The notes under the pieces are model-generated. The model saw only the letters and a program-made list of their open reading frames with translations, did not search any database and was not told the DNA's origin. From assembly GCA_965215015.1 (NCBI GenBank), contig OZ244042.1, positions 3,584,001-3,648,000 on the forward strand: DNA of 64,000 nt, written 5' to 3'. Shown piece after piece: positions 48,901-58,822 of this stretch; the first letter of the stretch is position 1; each line of letters begins with the position of its first letter. The position numbers and the translations under genes were made by a program. Origin of the DNA: Candidatus Poribacteria bacterium. GTDB lineage: Bacteria; Poribacteria; WGA-4E; PCPOR2b.

Positions 48901-51900
48901 TGGCTTGCGGGTTGACGGTGACGGTCGGCTGCGTTCGAATCGGTGCCAGGTTACCGTCTTCACCGCCCCGAACGGCAAACCGAAACGCATCAACCCCTGT
49001 CGTGGCAGAAGCTACCGCACGCCCTGCTTCGGTCGCACCGTAGGTAATCCTTATGTCATTGGCTTTGTCAAGCGAAAAGATAGGCACGGTCACAGAGAAT
49101 TTATCATCGTCCGTGACGCTGCCAAGCCCCACGCCCTCCACCTCAGTATACCCCGGTAGGCTGACCTCTTCGACCTGCGGTTGACTCCAGCTCGACGGGA
49201 CGGTGAATTTCAGCTCCCCATCTTCAATCGTCTGACTCGGGGTGTAGGTAAACACCAATACCACATCGTCGGACGCCGCACGGACGGAGGAGGTATCCAA
49301 TGTAACCGTTCCCGTCCCGTCCAATGCGCTCGTCACTTTGACTTGTAAGATACCGGGGGCATCTTCATAAATCCTCTGGGTCTTGTCGGGGTTTCTTATC
49401 TTCTCCCGGTCGGTGTGTTCCAAGGTACTGGTAATAGCCTCGAAAACGCCGTCGCCATCCCCATCGGATCTAATCACGAACTGGGCGGTGCCAACATTGT
49501 CCTGAACCTCCGCTCCGACAGCGGCACCTGTGCCACCCCCGTAGATAAATCGGAAACTCCCCCCTTCGGCGAGTGTATCGATGGTCGCTATCGCGTAACG
49601 ATCGTTTATATCATCAGGAAGCAAGGAGACCCCTGCCCCTCTGACCGTCACATAATTCCGCTGGGTCGGATCGTTCTGCATCGCCCCCCAACCGTCTGGA
49701 ATTTCAAGGCTTACAGCCCCACCGTCCATCGTGCCGGCTGCGGTGAACACGACCTCAATCGCCTGATTGCTACTCCCTGCCTCAATCGACCCCGGCGACA
49801 GCCGTGCTGTCCCCGTACCGTCTTCGACGTTGCTCAGCGTGACCGTGGCGGTTCCAGCGGTCCGGGTGCTGGCACCCCGTGACGTTCTAAAGGTGCCGGA
49901 CACTTGGACTGCACCGGCGACATGATATAAGACCGCTCGACTATCATCGGCAGCACCATACGTAATCGTGACGGATTCACCGACATCGAGCCGACCGATT
50001 GCAACGGTGATGGTGCGACCGGAGACGGTTATCTGATCCGCACCAATACCCCCGGCACCGCCGCTCTTTTCTGCATCACCGGAAACGGCCACCTCACCGG
50101 CGGTTGCGTCTACCTTGGTCGGTGGACTGCCCAAAGTGGACGGGATGGTCAACCGTACCTCACCGTCCCGTATGGGCGTAGCATCCGCTATAAACTTGAA
50201 ATTGATAGTCGCTTTACTTCCGGCGCGGAAGGTGTCATCGCCATCAACTTCAAATCGAACCGCATCGCCTGAGGTCTTCACAACCGAGAGGATGGGTTCC
50301 CCCTCATTAATATCGGTGGTAGGATCGTCTTTAAGTTTCTCGCCCTCATCCGCACCAATCGCCACCGTCACACCCCAGGGATACTCCTTGGCTTCTGCGA
50401 GGATATTGACCCTGCGGATTCTGGCGGTCACGGTTTTCCCTTTTTCAAGGTCGAGACCGGACCACTCAATCATATTTCCATCAGCATTTACCTCTAATCC
50501 TTCAGAACCCGAAACATACCCATAGTCCGTCGAGGTGCCGGTTTGGAGTTTCTGGGTATCATCGAGAACAATGCCATCCGGCTCAATCGTTATAGTAGCA
50601 CCCTCAAGGTCAGTGTAGGCGGTATAAGTTAGGGTGATATCTCTCCGTTGAGAACCCGCCTCCACAGACGCTGGAGACAAGTCCAACTTACCAGAACCCG
50701 CCACATCAATCCAATCCCCACCAATGACTTCTACATCTATAAGAGATGCAGAGGGGTCAGAACCGACACCGACAAGGGTATGCGCGATGATGCCCGGTTC
50801 GATAAACGTGTCCGCTTCAGTAAAGACACTATAAGTAGTACCGGGACCAATCCCGTCCTCACGAGTATACGAAACGATAATTTGCTGACCCGTATCAAGC
50901 GTCTTAATGGGAATATGTAGGTTAAGGGTGGTTAGTGGAAACCCAGTGCCCGGTGCTATTGTAGCGGGCACAACAGTCGGATCTTCTCGTAGTTTGGCCC
51001 CGCCCCTGATTGTCACATTAAAATCGTCAATCACAGGGGTGTCCTGTGGCCCTAAATGTGCTATCGCGCCGCTATAATATATGGTAAGTGAACTATCGTG
51101 CATCGGCCCAGGGGCTGTGAAGGTGAGAGTGAATCGGGTATTTGTCTCACCCGGAAATACCCGCCCCGGTTCAATTGTCAGCTTTCTTTCGAGAGGGTCA
51201 CGGTCGGTACCCCCTCCTATGATATTGCCAACCCTGACAACCGGATGACTGGGTAACAGACTAAGCACATCATTCCGGGCACTCTCACTACATAGGAATT
51301 CATAGGTCTCATACGCAACATCATCACTAGTATCATCAGCAGTACCCCGGTTGTCCGTAGCACGCAGACGAGAAGGAACCGGAGCCGTTACATCACCCAA
51401 TTGGATGATGAGGTCTCTATTAAACCGTTGGGGACCCCACGCCGAATCGAGGGCGACGGTTATCCGCTTGTCCGCTTCAAAGTCCACCCTACCCGTATCA
51501 GTACCTGAGACGTTGCCCTCTTCATCCGTTTTGTATATTTCTGTGTCACCATCCATGACCAATAGAAACTTGTTAGACACCTCCCAAGCGGAGGGAAACG
51601 CTATCCGAAAGCGTCCACCAGACAGGTTATCAGCCGTTGGTTTGTAGGTAAATTTCAGAACGTTCCAATAACTGCCAGCAGCAAGCGGAAGCGTGCTGTC
51701 CTCGACATCCACACCGGTATCAACAGTAATCTCTGAAATCTCTGAAGGCGCCTCGGCAGCCGCTTCTCGGAAACCCCAACCTACCTGTACCTCTGCGGCT
51801 GGTTGGACGAGCAGATAAAAGTTGGCGTCGGACTCTGCTCTGGGCTCGTTGGTGGGTACTCCGGGGTCGCCTAATCGTTGTCTTCTGATGTGAATACTTG

Positions 51901-52966
51901 GATCATGAGTAAAAAATCCACTCGCATCGACTTGAGACGGTATTCCACGTCTGTCAAAATTACGTCTTCCAAGGTCTCCATATATGGGGCTCCTGTCATT
52001 CGGTACATGTACAGCCAACTTGTACTCATCAGTGTTATGGGCACCTGTAAGCACGGAGTGCAGGGGTCCGTGAAGGGTGTTGTCCGTTGTCCAGTACGCC
52101 ATCACCGGATGAGCCCCACCGCTACGGTGGGGTGACGAGAGATCACCGTAGTCCGTTATGGAGAGGAGTCCGTCAGTGTTGGTGCCTACTGTTACCAGGG
52201 ATGTTGTGTCCAGCTCCCTCCAATTGTCGCTTGATGTGTCGCCTGGGGCATTGACCCTGTACGTAAATTTATAGGTCTCGGCGGTGAATTTGGTAGGGAA
52301 ACGTATTTGGCAGTAGATTAGATAGGTATGTCTCAATACAGGGTTGACGTTTCTATCTCTGGCCGCTAGGGGCGGGTTCTGCGCTGCTCTATCGGCATCG
52401 TCCAAATCGTACAAATCGCCAGCTGATTGTCTGATTGTTATCTGATTCCCGTCAAGGTATACACCCTTATCACCCCAAACTCCTCCGTCCTCACCCTCAG
52501 TCAAATCCATCTTATGAACAAAGGGGCTCGCGCTAAAATCCGGATGATAGGGTGGATCGCCGTAAACCACTCCATCAGCCCTGAAGATCTGGGGTATTGC
52601 GACGCTTCGTATATTATCGCCGGAGCCTGATATAAGAGTACGCACCCGGGCGTGTATGGAATCAGGGATCAATTCGATCCCCTCTGGGATCGTCACCCGG
52701 AACCCCTCCTTATTGTCGGTGTTGTGTGATATATAAAAAATTCTCAGATTGTAAGCATTGTTATGCCGAATGTCCTTCATCGGAATAAGATCGACGGCTC
52801 TCTGACCGTGTTGGCTCCCGTACGGGAGGATTTGGAAACCTATCAAGTCCGAATGTATCGCGCCCTGCGGCGCAGCGTCGTTAATGAACACCGCCCCAGT
52901 AAACATCAAACTGAGGATAAAAAACACACTTAATTTCCGAAAATTTACATTTTTTGGCTTAATCAC
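45971..52966 (-). CDS. Giant secreted multi-Ig-like surface protein with a C-terminal FlgD-Ig / secretion sorting domain
   Basis: 2331 aa; signal peptide; repeated G.G...P..V.AG...FTYTA...GG...IP..W modules; C-terminus LLRNYPNPFNPETWIPY...WDGRN..GE.VASGIYFY...RKMMILK. Confidence 0.9.
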   Translation of the reverse strand: MIKPKNVNFRKLSVFFILSLMFTGAVFINDAAPQGAIHSDLIGFQILPYGSQHGQRAVDLIPMKDIRHNNAYNLRIFYISHNTDNKEGFRVTIPEGIELIPDSIHARVRTLISGSGDNIRSVAIPQIFRADGVVYGDPPYHPDFSASPFVHKMDLTEGEDGGVWGDKGVYLDGNQITIRQSAGDLYDLDDADRAAQNPPLAARDRNVNPVLRHTYLIYCQIRFPTKFTAETYKFTYRVNAPGDTSSDNWRELDTTSLVTVGTNTDGLLSITDYGDLSSPHRSGGAHPVMAYWTTDNTLHGPLHSVLTGAHNTDEYKLAVHVPNDRSPIYGDLGRRNFDRRGIPSQVDASGFFTHDPSIHIRRQRLGDPGVPTNEPRAESDANFYLLVQPAAEVQVGWGFREAAAEAPSEISEITVDTGVDVEDSTLPLAAGSYWNVLKFTYKPTADNLSGGRFRIAFPSAWEVSNKFLLVMDGDTEIYKTDEEGNVSGTDTGRVDFEADKRITVALDSAWGPQRFNRDLIIQLGDVTAPVPSRLRATDNRGTADDTSDDVAYETYEFLCSESARNDVLSLLPSHPVVRVGNIIGGGTDRDPLERKLTIEPGRVFPGETNTRFTLTFTAPGPMHDSSLTIYYSGAIAHLGPQDTPVIDDFNVTIRGGAKLREDPTVVPATIAPGTGFPLTTLNLHIPIKTLDTGQQIIVSYTREDGIGPGTTYSVFTEADTFIEPGIIAHTLVGVGSDPSASLIDVEVIGGDWIDVAGSGKLDLSPASVEAGSQRRDITLTYTAYTDLEGATITIEPDGIVLDDTQKLQTGTSTDYGYVSGSEGLEVNADGNMIEWSGLDLEKGKTVTARIRRVNILAEAKEYPWGVTVAIGADEGEKLKDDPTTDINEGEPILSVVKTSGDAVRFEVDGDDTFRAGSKATINFKFIADATPIRDGEVRLTIPSTLGSPPTKVDATAGEVAVSGDAEKSGGAGGIGADQITVSGRTITVAIGRLDVGESVTITYGAADDSRAVLYHVAGAVQVSGTFRTSRGASTRTAGTATVTLSNVEDGTGTARLSPGSIEAGSSNQAIEVVFTAAGTMDGGAVSLEIPDGWGAMQNDPTQRNYVTVRGAGVSLLPDDINDRYAIATIDTLAEGGSFRFIYGGGTGAAVGAEVQDNVGTAQFVIRSDGDGDGVFEAITSTLEHTDREKIRNPDKTQRIYEDAPGILQVKVTSALDGTGTVTLDTSSVRAASDDVVLVFTYTPSQTIEDGELKFTVPSSWSQPQVEEVSLPGYTEVEGVGLGSVTDDDKFSVTVPIFSLDKANDIRITYGATEAGRAVASATTGVDAFRFAVRGGEDGNLAPIRTQPTVTVNPQASGKGKAVIAVTDGEGTLHTGDTGRELTVTYTAAGQMVGGKVRLEVPADWSAPTAETVSITPAIAPTFSGQMAIVEGVNLSANGTVTFVYTGDVQPKPTADTGVAFAVGVHGGDAADEFDPVSGDETMLTVDVDEARQGAGSGEVAPRIVDAGATGVNLTFTYTAVGIINAPREFRVQVPAGWTAPSSAAMDPENKGTYTVVHRHMGVATTVSVEKLAPVGRDMVARVKLGGLEVEAGDEISFTYHNADAPANREVSNFVMLFDGRPVASNVSVRVQASTPSQLTLSSAGTVSADDGAMPLGITVGLRDADGHEVAMASDVSVTLTSSSAGTFSELAEGTGTESITVTVAAGDVSAMVYYQDSTPGMATITATAPGLTMASHPVTVTTSVIAITEGSVTIEPALAMAGDTVTVSAMGTAGRTVMFSVGSIVTDRSMTEVSSGAYSGSFTVVADQHADGMYDVAVNLNGQSVMVSNALTLDSTMPTVMAMASPETVANGEPVEISATVSDASRITSVMADVSMLDTTQTDAVSLTMGADGSYSASVVVSEDNTAINGSKTITVTAIDAAGNSGSGTAMVTLDNKLSYTSVIPAGTSLFHVPLAVEGLDTVGDLREMLGSDANLLIVYDNTTDLWNSRSDDVPITADLGILVSMSAEATVTFTGYAWDDGASTINLTAGSNLIGLPVNDARLTNVSDIAGLFATGVVVSVVVSTVDGYKSVAAAGDSGDGPVMGDAAYLVTATTDATAALIGTGWSQDTAAAAPIALLSHRVAGQTPVLDVNGSVVDETTGGVQDGFRVKVKNLSTKAALNRVTSAETATGYNMTFVDLKVGHAAQVGDVLEISADSPSPLIGVQPVRHIVTVDDVKATRIELADLIAYEIPSETELLRNYPNPFNPETWIPYRLASDADVVLTIYDTAGQVVRTLDMGHQTAAVYESRAKAIYWDGRNRFGEQVASGIYFYSLSAGEFSATRKMMILK

Positions 52967-53222
52967 AATAAAATCCTTTCACGTGAGTTAATCTAGTTAA
53001 TCTTAGGTTGGTTAACAATGATAGGTACCTTTTCACGTCCTACAGACGCTACTGCAAAAGATAACGTTCTGCCTATTGCTCCTCTTGTCATTCATTAGGT
53101 CAATTATGCACCAAAACGTTGTTGAAAACAGAAAAGGCTAATGGTAAAGTAAAGGGTTTTGAATACACAACTCTATAATACGACCGATCCAAAGACTTGT
53201 CGATCGCAATCGAACATTTTTT

Positions 53223-53924
53223 TTAGAGAATCTGTGGATAGAACCCTGTTTCTTGCAACTGTTGTGCCTGTTTAACAGTTCCCCAGACGGTCATACGCGC
53301 GCTACGACACACGCGGATGATAAACGGAATCCGTTGTGCCTTGAGAAACTTTATCACATATTTAGCACGCGCAAAGCCTCTATCGAATATCAACGTGGGT
53401 TCACACGGGGGCGGTAAAATCGCTTGTGTCTTTTGATACAGTGTGAGACAAAAGCGTTGGATAATCTCATTATGGCTGGTATAGGTCAACTGTTGAATCT
53501 CAGCATCGGTGTAGAGGTGCCAGTAGATAGGAAGCACCCGGCGGCGGAACGGCACCGCGGCAACAATCGCTTTGAAATGGCCAAACACCTGGGTTTCATC
53601 CACTAAAATCAACCGGCGTCCGGCGTGAGGTTCACAGACCCGGCGGAGCACAAAGCCCAACCAGCACCCCATCACCGCGTCAATAGGAAAGCGACGAGCT
53701 AAGAATCGCAGCAGGCGTTTCTGTTTCGTCTTTTGATGTTTGACTGCTACTGGCAAGCGTGAAGCAATTTCGTTTATCCGAAACTTCTGGGCCAACACAA
53801 TGGCTAGGATCGTGAGTATCAGGTTTTTTAACGCCGGTTTTTTCAATACGGGGTTGAAAATCTCGGTCAGAGTGGTTATCATAGAACTGGGATTCACCCG
53901 CTTATGGCGGTGGGTGCCTTTCAT
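53223..53924 (-). pseudogene. Truncated IS4-like DDE transposase
   Basis: KRLLRFL, ILVDET, RVLPIYW and IFDRGF give the first two catalytic Asp; the ORF stops at 233 aa, before the Glu motif. Confidence 0.8.
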
Positions 53925-54091
53925 AATACCTCCTTGTTTAAAACAATCGATATGTTAGACGATATTTTAGACTTTTAGACAGGGAGGTATTTTACCATAT
54001 CTGACAACCCTTCCTCACATCTATACCTCGCAAAAACAACCAACATTACACCTCTTTAAAAAATGGGGGTAAGTGACAGGTAAATACGCTG

Positions 54092-54120
54092 TTGAAAGCC
54101 CTTGAGAGATATGCTATACT
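54092..54120 (+). promoter_or_regulatory. Sigma70 promoter with extended -10
   Basis: TTGAAA, 17 nt spacer, TATACT preceded by TGn. Confidence 0.6.
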
Positions 54121-54129
54121 AATCACGGG

Positions 54130-54882
54130 GTGGCAAGATCGGAGGAAACGAGGAGAATCGTGAATCCTTGGATAAAGGAAAAAAGGGAAAAATACTTACG
54201 CGCCTGGGATCGGCGGGCGACAATTGTCTTGCTTGGCGCATCTGTGCTATTGACATTGTACCGTTTTATTGGGCGCAGAAGAGTTTTTACCCAGCACTTT
54301 GGGAAGTTCTTCATCCGGCATCCGCTCAGGAGAATTTTTCCGTACTTCTACTGGTTTTGGATGAGCGCGGTCACACTGTTGCTATTGCCCGTCCTTGTGG
54401 TAAAATTTGGCATAAAGGACAAAATCCATGACTACGGCTTCCGATTGACTCACGGCAAATTGGGTTGGGGATTTGTCCTTGGGGGGTGGCTGTTCATGCT
54501 GCCGCTGATTGCCCTAGCCTTGCAGTTTTTCCCCGCTTTCCAGCAGAAATATCCGCTCTCGGACGTTGCTGGAACCAACTGGAAGGTATTCATCGCGTAC
54601 GAAATTTCTTATGGCGTTTACATGTTCTGTTGGGAGTTTTTCTTCCGCGGCTTCATGCTCTTTGGGTTGGAAAAACAGTTTGGCAATTATAGCATTCTCA
54701 TTCAAACCATCCCGTTTGTTGTCAAGCACGCTAGCAAACCTTTTGCAGAAGCGATGGGCTCAATTGTTACAGGGATTGTGCTTGGTGTCCTCGCTCTGGA
54801 AACGCGGTCTTTTATTTACGGCGCAGCAGTCCACTGGCTTGTCGCCATGTCAATGGATGTTTTCGCACTCGCGTGGAAGTGA
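54130..54882 (+). CDS. CPBP (Abi/CAAX) intramembrane glutamic endopeptidase
   Basis: Multiple TM helices; WEFFFRG, F...H and H motifs. Confidence 0.88.
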   Translation: MARSEETRRIVNPWIKEKREKYLRAWDRRATIVLLGASVLLTLYRFIGRRRVFTQHFGKFFIRHPLRRIFPYFYWFWMSAVTLLLLPVLVVKFGIKDKIHDYGFRLTHGKLGWGFVLGGWLFMLPLIALALQFFPAFQQKYPLSDVAGTNWKVFIAYEISYGVYMFCWEFFFRGFMLFGLEKQFGNYSILIQTIPFVVKHASKPFAEAMGSIVTGIVLGVLALETRSFIYGAAVHWLVAMSMDVFALAWK

Positions 54883-54888
54883 GGAGAG

Positions 54889-56445
54889 GTGATGAAGGTT
54901 GTTACCGCACAAGAGATGCGTCGAATCGATCAGCAAACCATCGAGCAAATCGGCATCCCCGGTGCCGTATTGATGGAACATGCGGGGAGTGCTGTTGTCC
55001 GAGCCATCCACCAATACTTCCCCGAATGCCAGCGTATCGCGATTGTTGTCGGCAAAGGAAACAATGGTGGCGATGGATTGGTCGTTGCGAGACAACTCGC
55101 GCTTGCCGGTCAACCGATTCAGATTTTCCTCGTTTCGCCTCCAGAGAGCTTCGCTGGAGATGCCTTAACCAACCTGCAAATTGTACAAAATTTGAATCTG
55201 CCGATCACTCGGATTCTTTCGGAAGACGAACTAAAACGGTTGAAAAGCCAAATTATGTCATCGGATCTCATCGTTGATTCTATTTTCGGCACCGGGTTGC
55301 GGGGTGGTGTGCACGGCTTTATTGGGGAGGTCATTGCATGTATCAACGAATCGGGACGTCCGGTGGTTGCCATCGATCTTCCGTCTGGGCTAGCGGCGGA
55401 CACAGGGAGGGCGGAAGGGGCGTGCATCCAAGCGGCTTATACTGTCGCCATGGGGCTTCCCAAACGGGGTAACCTTATTCATCCGGGGGGAACCCTCACA
55501 GGCAAACTTGAGATTGCTGACATCGGGTTCCCACAGAGTGTCATTGATGCCCAAAATATTCAAATCAATTGGACTCAACCGTCGGACGCTGCGCGAATTC
55601 TACCACTGCGTCCGACGCATTCGCACAAAGGCACCTATGGGCGTGTTTTTGTCGCCGCTGCCTCTACCGGCATGACCGGTGCCGCAGCCTTGACGAGCGC
55701 AGGAGCCTTGCGGGTCGGGGCGGGTTTAGTAACGCTCGGAACCCCGAAAAGCCTCAATTCGATTTTGGAAATGAAACTCACCGAGGTAATGACGCTTCCC
55801 TTGCCTGAGACAGGGGAGGGATCTTTGGCGTTGGCAGCAAAATCACATATCATTGAAGTTGTCGAGCGAACCCAATCCGTTCTCGCGATTGGTCCTGGGC
55901 TTTCACAACACCCTGAAACCGTTGCACTCGTTCACAGCTTAATCCGCGACAGCGATACCCCAACTGTCATCGATGCCGATGGGGTAAACGCTCTCTCAAA
56001 ATCAAAAGAGATTCTCTCATTGCTATCGTCCCAAACAGTACTCACACCCCATCCGGGCGAAATGGCGAGGCTTATCGGCGGAACTGTCGAAGCGTTGGAA
56101 CGGGATCGGATTGGAATCGCCCAACAATTCGCGCTCGCACACGATGTTACACTTGTCCTCAAAGGGGCACCGACGGTCATTGCACGCGGAAATGGAGAGG
56201 TGTGGATTAATTCAACCGGAAATCCCGGTATGGCAACCGGCGGCATGGGGGATGTGCTGACAGGCCTCATCGCGGGGTTGATGGCGCAAAAAGTGTCCCC
56301 CTTCGATGCCGCCCGGCTGGGCGTCTACCTCCACGGACTTGCAGGAGACATCGTCGCCGAATCAATCGGAATGCACGGATTAATGGCAGGGGATGTATTG
56401 AACAACATCCCCAAAGCGATAAAACTGTGCGGTGCACAGTCCTAA
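54889..56445 (+). CDS. nnr: Bifunctional NAD(P)H-hydrate epimerase/dehydratase
   Basis: GKGNNGGDG, DSIFGTG, DLPSG, HKGTYG, TPHPGE and TGGMGDVL. Confidence 0.96.
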   Translation: MMKVVTAQEMRRIDQQTIEQIGIPGAVLMEHAGSAVVRAIHQYFPECQRIAIVVGKGNNGGDGLVVARQLALAGQPIQIFLVSPPESFAGDALTNLQIVQNLNLPITRILSEDELKRLKSQIMSSDLIVDSIFGTGLRGGVHGFIGEVIACINESGRPVVAIDLPSGLAADTGRAEGACIQAAYTVAMGLPKRGNLIHPGGTLTGKLEIADIGFPQSVIDAQNIQINWTQPSDAARILPLRPTHSHKGTYGRVFVAAASTGMTGAAALTSAGALRVGAGLVTLGTPKSLNSILEMKLTEVMTLPLPETGEGSLALAAKSHIIEVVERTQSVLAIGPGLSQHPETVALVHSLIRDSDTPTVIDADGVNALSKSKEILSLLSSQTVLTPHPGEMARLIGGTVEALERDRIGIAQQFALAHDVTLVLKGAPTVIARGNGEVWINSTGNPGMATGGMGDVLTGLIAGLMAQKVSPFDAARLGVYLHGLAGDIVAESIGMHGLMAGDVLNNIPKAIKLCGAQS

Positions 56446-56469
56446 TACCCAAAGAAGAAAGGATTAGCC

Positions 56470-57414
56470 ATGAAAATTATCACCCATCGTTTGAGCGAAG
56501 AACAGCTCGCAGCCGCCCGCGCAATCGTTCCTGATGCCGACTTTGTGACACCGGCAACGGATGAGGAACTGCAACGCGAGATTGAGGATGCGGACGCTAT
56601 TTTTGGTCGAGCAACGCCCGAACTCATCCGTCGTGCCAAAAAACTCCGTTGGATTCAGACCGGAAGTGTTGGCGTTGAAGGACTTAGATTCCCCGAACTG
56701 ATCAATAGCGATATCGTCCTCGCAAATGCACGGGGCACAACTGCGGTTAATATTGCCGAGCATGTCATGGCACTTATCCTCGCTTTCACGCGCACACTCA
56801 ATATTACGATTAAGCAGCAGATGGAGAAGGTGTGGGAAAGCCGTGCAAATATGCCGGTGCTCGAAATTGCCGGGGAAACAATCGGTATCCTTGGCCTTGG
56901 CAGCATCGGGTTACAGGTCGCCAAGCGTGCAACCGCTTTTGATATGCGCATCCTCGCGGTTGATCCGACGCAGACACACAAGCCCGATTACGTTGAATCT
57001 CTCTGGAAAACCGATAGGCTGCACGACATGCTAAGTCAATCGGATTGGGTTGCTATCTGCTGTCCGCTGACGACGGAGACAGAGGGCATCATGGGCGCAG
57101 CTGAATTTCGGGCGATGAAGTCAACGGCATTCCTAATTAATATTGCAAGGGGAAAAATTGTTGACCAAGCCGCATTGGTTGAAGCACTGCGCGCGAACGA
57201 GCTCGCCGGGGCTGGTCTTGACGCTTTGGATCCGGAGCCGCTCCCACAGGATAGTCCACTATGGGAAATGGAAAATGTTATCGTTACACCACATCACGCC
57301 GGTCAGTCTCCGAAAGCACCCAATCGTGTTTTTGAACTCTTCTGTGAAAATCTCAAACGTTTTGTCGCAGGCGAACCGTTGATTAATGTGGTTGATAAGA
57401 CACGGTGGTACTAA
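56470..57414 (+). CDS. D-2-hydroxyacid dehydrogenase
   Basis: GILGLGSIG, INIARG, D..EPL and TPH motifs. Confidence 0.93.
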   Translation: MKIITHRLSEEQLAAARAIVPDADFVTPATDEELQREIEDADAIFGRATPELIRRAKKLRWIQTGSVGVEGLRFPELINSDIVLANARGTTAVNIAEHVMALILAFTRTLNITIKQQMEKVWESRANMPVLEIAGETIGILGLGSIGLQVAKRATAFDMRILAVDPTQTHKPDYVESLWKTDRLHDMLSQSDWVAICCPLTTETEGIMGAAEFRAMKSTAFLINIARGKIVDQAALVEALRANELAGAGLDALDPEPLPQDSPLWEMENVIVTPHHAGQSPKAPNRVFELFCENLKRFVAGEPLINVVDKTRWY

Positions 57415-57530
57415 GATAACGCAAGTTGCTAGTAGTAGGCATACTCTGCATGCCGTAACTTTTGTCCCATCAATCCATTGAGTTCAAGAGCTCATTCATT
57501 GCACCAATGAGCTGCTGAACCAACATAGCT

Positions 57531-57694
57531 CCAGTTGCTTTGAATCCCGATTTTATCGGGGAGGATTGCAATAGATAGTGGCACAGGGCCTGCCCTCAAT
57601 GAAATCGGGGTTTTGAAACCTGCGTCACGATTGGACTGTAATTTTTAGATGGCAGCTTGAGTGAAAATTCCATGGCTATCCAACTAACAACTTG
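57531..57694. mobile_element. MITE-like element, second copy of the 44262 family
   Basis: ccagttgctttgaatcccgattttatcgggg...gaaacctg...cacgattg...cttgagt.aaattc..tgg.tatcca.cta.caacttg. Confidence 0.65.
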
Positions 57695-57732
57695 GGTTAA
57701 GATATAAAAACTGAGAGGGAGAACCCTCTGAC

Positions 57733-58791
57733 ATGCAAAATGAAGTATTACCAACAATTGCAATCACTACCGGCGATCCGGCTGGTATCGGTCCCGAAGT
57801 TGTCCTCAAAGCATTGGCGGATCAGGAATTGTTAAATACCGCTCGATGGGTAGTCATTGGCGATGCAGCCATTCTTCACATGATGGGGAAGCGAATCGGT
57901 CTGAAGCCACCGGATTGTATCGTCCAAGATGGCAAACAAATTGTTGCACAGTGGTCCTGTTATAAAGCCGGGCAGAAAGGTCCCGAAACCTTACAGGCGT
58001 GCCTGCTGGATTTACGCCAACTTGAGCCCTTCCAGTTTACCATAGGAAATCTCAGTGCCGACTGTGGTCGTGCTGCACTCAAATATGTCCGTACGGCGAC
58101 ACAGCTCTGCCTTGATGGTCAGGCTGATGCTATGGTAACTGCTCCTTTGAATAAGGAAGCGGTGGCTTTAACCGATCAATACTTCACGGGCCATACAGAA
58201 TTTATCGCGGCCCTGTCCGGGGCAGCAGAATCACGGATGCTGCTCGTCAACGATCGCCTCCGGGTCATTCACGTCTCTACCCACTGTTCACTACGGAACG
58301 CCTGCGAGTTAGACACTCCCAGAATTCTGCGTACTATTCAGCTCGGTAATGAGGCACTCCAATCGCTTGGCTTTGCCCACCCAAGAATTGCTGTGTGTGG
58401 GCTCAATCCGCACGCCGGCGAAAATGGGTTATTTGGGAGCGAAGATTTTGAATTAATCGTTCCCGCAATCCGATTCGCCCAGAATATGGGTCTGGCCTGT
58501 GAGGGACCGTTTCCTGCCGACACAATTTTTGTGCAGGCGGTTAGGGGCGCATATGATCTGGTGGTGGCGATGTATCACGATCAAGGCCATGTTCCCATGA
58601 AGCTGCTTGACTTTGAACACACCATCAACGTCTCTTTGGGACTTCCCATTATTCGGACATCTGTCGACCACGGCACGGCATTCGACATCGCCGGGAAAAA
58701 TCAGGCAGATCCTAGCAGTATGAAGGCAGCGATGAAACTAGCGGTTACTATGTCATTGAATCAGCGCAAAGTTGGCAGCAATTCTGTCTAA
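57733..58791 (+). CDS. pdxA: 4-hydroxythreonine-4-phosphate dehydrogenase (PdxA/PdxA2)
   Basis: GDPAGIGPE, GHTE, NPHAGE, MYHDQG and RTSVDHGTAFDIAG. Confidence 0.95.
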   Translation: MQNEVLPTIAITTGDPAGIGPEVVLKALADQELLNTARWVVIGDAAILHMMGKRIGLKPPDCIVQDGKQIVAQWSCYKAGQKGPETLQACLLDLRQLEPFQFTIGNLSADCGRAALKYVRTATQLCLDGQADAMVTAPLNKEAVALTDQYFTGHTEFIAALSGAAESRMLLVNDRLRVIHVSTHCSLRNACELDTPRILRTIQLGNEALQSLGFAHPRIAVCGLNPHAGENGLFGSEDFELIVPAIRFAQNMGLACEGPFPADTIFVQAVRGAYDLVVAMYHDQGHVPMKLLDFEHTINVSLGLPIIRTSVDHGTAFDIAGKNQADPSSMKAAMKLAVTMSLNQRKVGSNSV

Positions 58792-58822
58792 CCGTACCGT
58801 CATAGTGAGGAAGAGAAAAACC

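Noticed and set aside
48074-49159. 361-aa plus-strand ORF (also 14914-15657 and 20474-21226)
   Set aside because: Antisense shadows of well-supported genes.
45971-52966. Diversity-generating retroelement target
   Set aside because: No reverse transcriptase and no TR/VR near-identical repeat pair in the window.
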